Positions 45,659 to 55,000 of a stretch of 57,063 bases of DNA are shown in pieces (position 1 is the stretch's first letter; every line of letters starts with the position of its first letter). The DNA comes from Chitinophagales bacterium. GTDB lineage: Bacteria > Bacteroidota > Bacteroidia > Chitinophagales > Saprospiraceae. Position numbers and translations under genes: made by a program. The notes beneath the pieces were generated by a model, which worked only from the letters and a program-made list of their open reading frames with translations, ran no database searches and was not told the origin of the DNA. The DNA lies in assembly GCA_038246345.1 (NCBI GenBank), contig JBBRWA010000001.1, positions 1 to 57,063 of the forward strand. The letters are read 5' to 3'.

Positions 45659-46294
45659 CTATGCAATTAACTCAAGGGCATCAAAAATTTCATCAATCTC
45701 CTCAAACGATTTCACGCCTACCTGTTCTTCTTCTCCACCGACCAGGCTAAAGCCGCCCAGTTTGAATTTTTGCAACAATTCCGGCAATTGTGCTGCAGAA
45801 ACATCTGCCTGCAAAAGCGTCGGGCGCAAGGAAAACAGTTCGTTCCAAAAATCAATGTTCTCGGTTAATATGGTTTCCCAGTCACTTGTTTCAGAAAAAT
45901 CAAGCAGAAAACAGGAAACATTTGGTGCAGCGCCACGAAATGTACGTTCCAAAGTAGCGGCATCAATGGCTCCATTTACGCGCAAAATAATTTCAACCCC
46001 TGGCAATTGCAGCAAGCTGTCTTCATGGTGTTCCGCTGTAAGCTGTACAGCATCCAAGCCAAAAAAATCCAAGGCCGCCTTCACATGTGCGATGGGTAAC
46101 TTCGTGAATTCACCCACAATTTTTGGCCCGGCCACCCATTCCCGAATGGCTTTCATGTACATGGGGTCCAGGTACCCGGGTGTGCCTTCTTCGAGGTTAA
46201 ACCCAAGATAATCAACCTCTTTGGCCGCAAAATAGCGGGCATCGGTGAGATTTGTGACGGCGGAAACCTTTGTTTTTAGTTGTTCGTTGTTCAT
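45659..46294 (-). CDS. phosphoribosylanthranilate isomerase (TrpF)-like TIM-barrel protein, divergent
   Basis: By eye it aligns with PRAI landmarks: K-V-S-A-V-T..DA where TrpF has K-I-C-G-I-T, then VGEF, DAVQL, and a C-terminal GG.E...GVKS..EI. The start codon lies inside the C2 repeat arm. Confidence 0.45.
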   Translation of the reverse strand: MNNEQLKTKVSAVTNLTDARYFAAKEVDYLGFNLEEGTPGYLDPMYMKAIREWVAGPKIVGEFTKLPIAHVKAALDFFGLDAVQLTAEHHEDSLLQLPGVEIILRVNGAIDAATLERTFRGAAPNVSCFLLDFSETSDWETILTENIDFWNELFSLRPTLLQADVSAAQLPELLQKFKLGGFSLVGGEEEQVGVKSFEEIDEIFDALELIA

Positions 46295-46577
46295 TGCTCG
46301 TTGTTCGTTTTCATTCGCTCAAATCTTGTTTGGCATCCTGATAATGCCGCATTTGTTCGGTAGTTGGCGATGGAAATCGCCAAAGGTAGTTGTTCGTTGA
46401 TAGTTGTTCGTTGTTCGTTCTCATTCACTCAAATCTTGTTTGGCACCCAGATAATGCCGCTATCGAGTAGATGAGGATAAACAGAATATCCAGCGAGAAT
46501 TGAGTGGATGAGAACGAACAACGAACAACGAACAACTATCAACGACTAACGAACAACGAACAACGAGCAACGAACAA
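46279..46577. repeat. family C element, copy C2 (internally duplicated)
   Basis: Left arm gttgttc gttgttc attgctc gttgttc (46279-46306). A ~110-bp tandem duplication restarts the arm at 46389-46416. Right arm is 9 heptads gaacaac/tatcaac/gactaac/gagcaac (46515-46577). Confidence 0.85.
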
Positions 46578-46589
46578 CGAAGAAAGAAC

Positions 46590-46597
46590 GTAGTTTT
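46590..46597 (+). promoter_or_regulatory. candidate -7 box (TAnnTTTG)
   Basis: TAGTTTTG lies 13 nt after the C2 right arm and 46 nt upstream of the ATG at 46644. Confidence 0.4.
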
Positions 46598-46643
46598 GCA
46601 GCGCTGCCCAGGTATTCGAGCAGCATTCAATTAAAATAATGAT

Positions 46644-47705
46644 ATGCGCAACAGAATATTGCTCTGGTTAGCGCTCGCTGTCATCGTGGGGCTTACGGTT
46701 TGGAAATTATCGTCCAATAAAAAAGAGTTGGATAGCGAGGCCCAACTTTCTACTATGACGCGGGCTTTTGTGCCGGTAGAAGTCGTTGAACCAAAAATGG
46801 AGACACTGGCCAACCGCCTGGAAGCGGACGGGATTTTCCTGCCCGCCAAAGAGATGTTCATCATTTCAGAAACCGCGGGCCGGGTGTTAGAAGTATTTAA
46901 AAACAAAGGAGAATGGGTTGAAGAAGGCCAGGTAATTGCCAAAGTAGACGATGAGCTGTTGCGCATCGAACTGGAAGCAACCCAGGCTAACCTTGCTAAA
47001 CTCCACAAAGACCAGGAACGTGTGGCCAAACTCATTGAAGGCGAAGCAGCGCCCAAAAATAAAATTGAGGATTTGCAATTGGGCATTTTGGCCGCCGAAG
47101 CGAAAGAAAAAGGCCTGAAGAAACAAATAGCCAATACCAGCATTAAAGCGCCGATGACCGGAACGCTGGGCCTGCGCTTTATCGAGCGCGGCAGCGTCAT
47201 CGGTCCAGGCATTCAGGTAGGGCAAATGACCAACCTGGAACGGCTGTTTCTAATGGTGAAAGTCACCGAACGCGACGTGCTCAATGTGCGCAAAGGTCAG
47301 TCGGTCAGTGTGACACCGGATGTATATCCCGGCTCCAGTATTACAGGCAAAGTAACCAATATTGGACTCCGGGCCGATAATGCATTTACCTACGACGTTG
47401 AAATAGAAGTGATTAACCCAACTGCAGCACCCCTGCGCGGGGGCATGCACGCCAGGGCATACTTCACCTTTAATGCCAACCGGCAAGGTTTGACGCTGCC
47501 GCGCAGAACCATTGCCGGTAGCTTGCAGGACCCGAAAGTATTTTTGGTGGTGCAGGATTCCTTGGCGGAGCAGCGATCCATTACCCTGGGTGGTGTTTTC
47601 GGCGACAAAGTAGAGGTAATATCTGGTGTAAAACAAGGAGATCGGGTGGTGCTTACGGGCCAGCTGAACCTGAGCGATGGTGCCCGGGTACAGGTGATTC
47701 GATAA
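46644..47705 (+). CDS. efflux transporter periplasmic adaptor subunit (HlyD/MFP family)
   Basis: N-terminal anchor, a coiled-coil hairpin region, a lipoyl-like IKAPMTGTLGLRFIERGSVIGPG and a beta-barrel C-terminus. Confidence 0.8.
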   Translation: MRNRILLWLALAVIVGLTVWKLSSNKKELDSEAQLSTMTRAFVPVEVVEPKMETLANRLEADGIFLPAKEMFIISETAGRVLEVFKNKGEWVEEGQVIAKVDDELLRIELEATQANLAKLHKDQERVAKLIEGEAAPKNKIEDLQLGILAAEAKEKGLKKQIANTSIKAPMTGTLGLRFIERGSVIGPGIQVGQMTNLERLFLMVKVTERDVLNVRKGQSVSVTPDVYPGSSITGKVTNIGLRADNAFTYDVEIEVINPTAAPLRGGMHARAYFTFNANRQGLTLPRRTIAGSLQDPKVFLVVQDSLAEQRSITLGGVFGDKVEVISGVKQGDRVVLTGQLNLSDGARVQVIR

Positions 47706-47719
47706 ATTGATGCAAACCC

Positions 47720-48853
47720 ATGAAAGCGCAAAACACATCAGAAATCAACTTCCGAGGCCATATTCCCGCCCTCGACGGGGTGCGGGGTATCGCCATCGCG
47801 TTGGTGCTGCTGAGCCATTTCATGTTGCGGGCGTATTTTCAAGACGAGCGGGCGTACTTTATCACCCAGTTTGGCTGGATCGGGGTCGACTTGTTTTTTG
47901 TGCTTTCCGGCTTTCTCATCACGGGCATTCTGCTTGACTCCAAATACAACGAACATTATTGGCGCAATTTTTATCGGCGTCGGGCACTGCGAATTCTGCC
48001 CTTGTATTATTTCGTGGTGTTGGTGACCTGGCTGACCATATTATTTATTGAAAAGGCGCCTGAGCGATTGCAGGGATACGATTCATTTACCTGGTTTTTC
48101 ACCTTCACGCCCAATATTGCGATGGGCTTGAAAAATGACTTTTTATACCACAGTCATATTTTCAACCTCAACCACTTGTGGTCGCTCGCCATTGAGGAGC
48201 AGTTCTATTTGTTTTGGCCCTTAATTGTGCGCTTTGTACCCATGCGCCCGCTCGCCATTTTTTGCCTGGTGCTGCTTGCCATGGGCACAGGGCTTCGGCA
48301 TATGACCGATCATATCGTTGGTACAACACTTTCGATATCTTCTTACACCTTTCCTTTTTGCCGCATGGACGGCCTGGCTGCAGGCAGCTTTATTGCCGTG
48401 GCCTTGCGATTGGGTTGGTTGCAAAAACTGCCTTATCATAATTTGATTGCCCGTATCCTTTTTGTCTGGATGGGCATCATGGTCATCGGCAATTTTATCT
48501 TTGGAACCCAACAAAGCCTGTACACTGAATCCGCAATATTCTTTGGAGCACTGTTGTTTCTGTCGCTCAATGCCAGCCCTAAGGCGCTCATACGCCGTGT
48601 TTGCGAAAACCGCTTTTTGCGGCACTTAGGCAAGTACAGCTATGGGTTGTATGTATTCCACCACATGTTTGAGTATTTCTGGCGCGATTGGGTTGGTATA
48701 CGCGTGTTGGCCAGTGGCTTACACCCTTTTATCGGGCAAAGCATTTTCATTTTGGTTGCGTTTGCGGGTACTTATCTGGCCTCCAGGCTGAGTTGGTTGT
48801 TGGTGGAGCAGCCATTTTTGAAATTAAAAAAGCGCAAAAACAAAACCACCTAG
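47720..48853 (+). CDS. acyltransferase family 3 (OafA/YrhL-like) membrane protein
   Basis: IPALDGVRGIAIALVLLSH, VDLFFVLSGFLI, WSLAIEEQFYLFWPL, and about 10 TM helices. Confidence 0.85.
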   Translation: MKAQNTSEINFRGHIPALDGVRGIAIALVLLSHFMLRAYFQDERAYFITQFGWIGVDLFFVLSGFLITGILLDSKYNEHYWRNFYRRRALRILPLYYFVVLVTWLTILFIEKAPERLQGYDSFTWFFTFTPNIAMGLKNDFLYHSHIFNLNHLWSLAIEEQFYLFWPLIVRFVPMRPLAIFCLVLLAMGTGLRHMTDHIVGTTLSISSYTFPFCRMDGLAAGSFIAVALRLGWLQKLPYHNLIARILFVWMGIMVIGNFIFGTQQSLYTESAIFFGALLFLSLNASPKALIRRVCENRFLRHLGKYSYGLYVFHHMFEYFWRDWVGIRVLASGLHPFIGQSIFILVAFAGTYLASRLSWLLVEQPFLKLKKRKNKTT

Positions 48854-49009
48854 TGCCGCAACCAGTATTCCTACCTACCAACTTTTACCGGGCAATTATT
48901 TCCTGATTCCAAGTGGCAAAAAAGCAGCCGCAGTTCGGTTTATCGTGGCGCGGTAGCAATGTTGAAATAATTTAACGCAAAATCAAAATCCCCGCTTCAC
49001 ATTGCGGGT

Positions 49010-49017
49010 TACCTTTG
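49010..49017 (+). promoter_or_regulatory. candidate -7 box (TAnnTTTG)
   Basis: TACCTTTG overlaps the ORF-track TTG start at 49015. This argues for the ATG at 49081 as the true start. Confidence 0.4.
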
Positions 49018-49080
49018 CGTGTTTCAATCCTGCCGGTCGCCTATTTTTTCGCTCACTTCAATTCGGAAAAACTTATTCTG

Positions 49081-52000
49081 ATGCGCCTATCCAAACTTTT
49101 CAACATATTCGCTTTCGGGCTTTTTTGTGCTGCTACATCCATTCAGGCCCAGACCGTCATTTATACCAACGCGGGAACCACACACACCAATACGGATCAG
49201 GTGACAACCGATACCTACGGCCCCGTGGATGTTTCAAACTGCACTTCCATCTCCTTTTCCATCAGTTATAATTTCTCCTTGCCTTTTCCGGGAAACGGCA
49301 ATATGGAATCGAGCGATGAGTGCCTTATCGGAATACCACCTTGCCAAGGCGATCCCAATGACCCTTATGGCGGCGGATGTGATAATTGCTGGGATTTTTT
49401 CTACGTCCAGTTTCAAATAAATGGCGCGACGGTAAATACCAGACTTGTGGGCGTTCCTGGTATGACCAACCAATCAGGCACGATTACCTACGGCCCCGTT
49501 TGTACCAATGGCGCGGCAACGGCGGGCTTGATCGTCCAAACCAATACCTGGGCCATGAATGAAAGCATCACCTTCAACGCTATCAGCATCACCTGTTGGG
49601 ATGCCACTTCTTCCAACTTGATGGCCAACCCAAGCCCCGCCTGCACGGGCGTACCTTTCACGCTGGGTGCTACCTTGGTTCACCCTGCTGATGTGACGAC
49701 GACCGTTTGGACGGGCCCTGGCACCATTACGCCACCCACGAGCCTCAACCCCACTGTGACCAATGCCCCAGCGGGCAACAATACGTATGTCCTTACTGTA
49801 ACAGACGACAACGGATGCACCAAAACCAACTCCATTGACGTGTTGGTGACAACCGGCCCAACCATGGACGATCCGCCCAACCAAATCGTCTGTGCTGGCG
49901 ATCCGGTCAACGCCATTTTTGTGGGCACCGGAAACCCTACCTTCAACTGGACAAACTCGAATACAGCCATAGGCTTGGCCGCCAGCGGCTCCGGCGACAT
50001 CAGTTTCACCGCATCCAATGTAGCTGCTCCAACTACCGGAACCATTACCGTCACGCCGTCGGAAAATGGCTGCGTCGGCACGCCCCAAACTTTTACGGTC
50101 ACCGTAAATCCTTTGCCCAGCGTCAACCAACCGAATAACGTGTTGATCTGTGCTGGGTTGCCTGTAAACATACCTTTCACGGGCACCCCAGGCGCTACCT
50201 TCTCCTGGACGAACGACAACACCGCCATTGGCCTTGGAGCCAGTGGCAACGGCAATATCAGTTTCGTATCAGCCCTTGTGGCCAATCAGGAAGTTGCCAA
50301 TATTACGGTAATCCCTTTCCGCAATGGCTGCCCTGGCCCGCCTGTGAATTTCACCATCACCGTGAACCCTAGGCCCACTGTGGTAGATCCGCCTGACATG
50401 AGTGTATGCGCCGGAAACCCGGTAGACTTGGTATTTACAGGCACCGGAAACCCGACGTTTAATTGGCTAAATAACAATACCAACATTGGCCTCAGCTCCA
50501 ATGGAATGGGCGATATTTCCTTTACAGCTGCTAATGTCGGTGTGCCAACCACGGGCACTATTACGGTTACCCCAACGGCCAATGGCTGTGTTGGTACGAA
50601 CCAAAGTTTTACCATCATGGTAAATCCTACCCCGTCGGTCAATCAACCCAGCAACGTGGTGGTTTGCTCCGGAGCTCCGGTAATCACGGTGATTTCAGGC
50701 AGTCCGGGCGCCAGTTTTTCCTGGACAAATGACAACACCAACGTTGGTCTGGGCGCTGCTGGCTTGGGCAGCATTAACTTCACTGCTGCGAACGTGAGCA
50801 CCCAACAAGTAGCCAATATTTTCATAACCCCCACCATAAACGGCTGTCCTGGCCCCCCGGTTTCCTATACCATTACCGTAAATCCAATACCAACGGTGGT
50901 GGATCCGCCCAACCAAACAGTTTGCTCCGGTGCCATGGTGACGCTGCCTTTTAGCGGTACTGTTAACCCGACTTTCAGTTGGACAAACTCCAATACAGCC
51001 ATTGGACTGGGTGCCAGCGGTACTGGAAGCATCAGTTTTACAGCCGCCAACGTAGGTGCTCCTACCACGGGCAACTTGACCGTAACACCCACAGAAAATG
51101 GCTGCCCTGGCATGCCACAAAACTTTACCATAACCGTAACCCCGGCACCAAGCGTGAACCAGCCTAGCAACATACTCGCTTGCGCAAATACAAGTATCAT
51201 GGCCGCTTTTACGGGTACTTCAGGCGCTACCTTCAACTGGACAAACTCCAATACATCCATTGGACTTGCAGCCAGTGGCACAGGCGACCTCAATTTTATC
51301 GCAGCAGGTGTAGGCACACAGCAAACAGCCACCATCACGGTGACACCAGTCATCGGAACCTGTTCAGGTACAGCCGTGACGTTTACGATTATCATTAATC
51401 CAGCGCCTGCGGTGACCGACCCGCCCAATCAAACCGTTTGTTCGGGAACCACGGTTGCGGTTAATTTCACGGGCACCAGCAATCCAACATTCAATTGGGT
51501 AAACGATAATACCGCCATAGGACTTGCTGCCAGCGGTGCGGGAAATATCAGTTTCACCGCAGCAGCCATCGGTGTGGGCACTGTCACCGTTACCCCGGTT
51601 GCCAATGGCTGCATTGGTGCCAGCCAAAACTTCACCATTACGGTCATTGCTGCGCCAATAGTAGACCTGCCAGTCGCCGTGGGTGCCTGTGCGGGTAATC
51701 CCGTAGCGACGACATTCACCGGAACTTCGGGCGCTACTTTTGCCTGGACAAATAGTAATACTGCCATTGGCTTAGGTGCCAACGGCACTGGAAACATTGC
51801 TTTCAGCGCTGCCAACGTAGGCGTCATAACCACCGGAAACATTAGCGTCACCCCAAGTCTGGGCGGCTGTACCGGAACGCCGCAGAATTTTGTCATTACC
51901 ATTAACCCGCTGCCGACGATAAGCATCACATCCGTCGTTTGCGCAGCCGATTTGTTGACATATAACGTAATAATAAGCACCAGCGGCACCATGGTAACCG

Positions 52001-55000
52001 CTACCGCGGGAACTGTAACGGGCAGTGCGGGCAATTTTACCATCAGCGGTATTACGGCTGGCACCAATGTGGACATTTCAAGTACCAACACCACTACGGG
52101 CTGCCAATTGGTACAATCGGTGAATGCGCCGAACTGCAATTGCGCCCCGGTGAATGCGCCGACCACGCCAAACAATCCTATGATTTGTGAAGGCGCACCT
52201 ATCCCCGCACTGACCGTAACAACCGACCCCGGCAATACCGTAGATTGGTACACTTCCGCTACAGGCGGCACCTTGCTGTTGATGGGAAGTGCCAGTTTCA
52301 CACCAACAGGCCCATTCATGCCGGGCGTGTATAATTTTTACGCAGAATCGAGAGACCCCTCCACCAGTTGCGTAAGCTCAATACGCTTGCTTGTCACCCT
52401 GACGGTGAATGCATTGCCAACAGTTACACTGCCTTTGAACCAAGCGGTTTGTGCGGGCGTTCAGGTCGGTGTTGTTTTTGCGGGAACTGCTTCTGCCGCT
52501 TTCGCCTGGACAAATTCTGAGCCAGCCATTGGACTTGCGGCCTCAGGCAGCGGAGATATTAATTTTATGGCAACAAACGTGGGTAGCACACCATTGGTCG
52601 CCAACTTAACCGTAACGCCAAACTTGAACGGTTGCCCAGGTACGCCACAAAATTTTACCATTACCGTCAATCCAATTCCGACCGTTACCGCACCCGTGAA
52701 TCAAACCGTCTGCGGCGGTGCTTCTGTTATGCAAGTGTTCAGCGGAACCACTGGTGCCATGTACAACTGGACGAACTCCAATATTGCCATTGGGCTGGCC
52801 GCCAGCGGTGCGGGCAACATCAGCTTTACGGCTGCCAATGTAGCGGCCCCCACGCTTGGAAACCTCACCGTTACGCCCACGTTGGCGGGCTGTATTGGCA
52901 GCACGCAGAATTTTAATATTACGGTAAATCCACTGCCGACCGTCATGGCGCCCGCCAATCAGAGCGTTTGCGCGGGCAATGCGGTCGCGGTCAATTTCAG
53001 CGGCACCAACGGCGCTACCTTCAATTGGACAAACGCCAATACGGCCATCGGATTGGCAGCCACGGGCATGGGCAATATCAGTTTTATGGGTACAAATGCC
53101 GGAGCAATACCCATCGTTGCCAATTTGGTGGTAACACCCACCCAAAATGGCTGCACGGGCGCTGCACAAAATTTCAGCATTACCATCGATCCGCGACCAA
53201 CGATCACCGTCAACAGCACCACTTGTTCCCCGGATTTGTTGACCTATTCCGTCAACCTCACGTCCAACGCAAATACCATCCTGTCTACGCTTGGAACCGT
53301 ATCGGGCAATGGTACCAATTTCAACATCACGGGCATTCCAAATGGCAGCCTAATTATCCTAACCGCCACCATCACGGCAACTGGCTGCTCCATTCAACAA
53401 TCCGTGAATCCGCCGAACTGCACCTGTCCACTGTTGACAGCGCCCAATGGCCCCAATTTCCCTGTTATTTGCGAAGGAACTGCCACGCCTGCTTTGATGG
53501 TAAATGCACCCGGAGCAGGCAATGCGGTTGACTGGTATACGACACCCGCTGGCGGCGTACCGGTTTTTGTAGGCAGCAACAGTTATACGCCTCCCGGTAC
53601 ATTTACCCCGGGTACCTATATTTTTTACGCAGAAACCCGAGAAATATCCTCCAATTGCAAAAGCCCAACACGAACACCAGTATTTTTAACGGTCAATGGA
53701 GCGCCCAGCATGACCCAGCCGATTAACCAATCGGTGTGTGCAGGTTTTACGATTTCTGTCGGCTTTAATGGTACCAGCGGTGCATTGTTCAACTGGACAA
53801 ACTCCAACCCAGGCATTGGGCTGCCTGCAAGTGGATCGGGCAATATTAGTTTCTCTGCCACCAATACGGGTCTTGCACCCATTGTCGCCACCATTGTCGT
53901 CACCCCTACTTTGTTTGGCTGTAATGGGCAAGCGCGAACGTTTACGATTACCGTTTTGCCTTCTCCTTCGCTCACCGATCCAGCGGATATTGCCGCCTGT
54001 GTTGGACAATCTGTTTCTGCTAATTTTTCAGGTTCAGCGGGCGCGACGTTTTCATGGATCAATACCAATGCTGCTATTGGTCTGCCTGCCAGCGGTATGG
54101 GTAATATCAGTTTCAACGCAAGTACCGCGGGAAATGCAACGGTTACCGTAATTCCAATGGCCAACAGTTGTTCCGGTACGCCGCAAACGTTCAATATAAC
54201 GGTCATCAGCAATCCTACCATGACCAATCCTGGAAACCAGGCTGCCTGTGCAGGCGCGAATGTTTCCCTTGTTTTTACGGGAACACCGGGCCTGACCTAT
54301 TCCTGGACGAACACCAACCCTGCCATTGGCCTGCCAGCCAGTGGCGCTGGAAATCTCAACTTCAGCGCAGCAGCCGTTACAACCGTGCAAAATGCTCAAA
54401 TAAGCGTCACTCCAATTTTTGGCGCTTGCGTCGGACAATCACAAACCTTTTCGATCACGGTTAATCCGCTTCCCGTGGCCAGTATTTCGGGCAATACCAC
54501 CATTTGCAGTGGTAGTGCCACCACCCTCACGGCAATGGGTGGCACAAGCGCCAGCTGGCTTAGCGGGCAATCAACAGCTGCTATCACCGTGAGCCCCACC
54601 ACCACCACGACCTACACCGCTACTGTCACGGCCAATGCTTGCAGCAGCACGGCCACAGCCACGGTAATTGTCAACCAGCCCACATCCTCTACCGTCAACG
54701 CACTCACTTGCGATCCGGCACAGGTAGGTTCCGTTACCAATGTCATTCCAAATGCTGCGGGCTGCGACAGTACCATTACCACCGTCACCACGCTTGATGT
54801 GGTGAACTGCGCCCCAGCGCTAACGCTGAGCAATGGCGCGGTAAGTTGTTTTGGCGATGGCGATGGAAGTTTGTCCTTGAGCGCTGCCGGTGGCCTTGCG
54901 CCCTATAGCTACATATGGTCGAATGGCAGCAACCAAATGGGTGCTGGTATGATCACAACAGGCGGAACGACCGCTCAACTGCTGAATTTGCCTGCGGGAA

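Noticed and set aside
49015-49080. ORF-track upstream starts (TTG 49015 for the adhesin; likewise 1813, 14401, 18579, 20746, 25037, 32810, 33694 and 36600)
   Set aside because: In each case a downstream ATG yields a canonical signal peptide, lipobox or family-typical N-terminus. In two cases a TAnnTTTG box overlaps or follows the upstream start.
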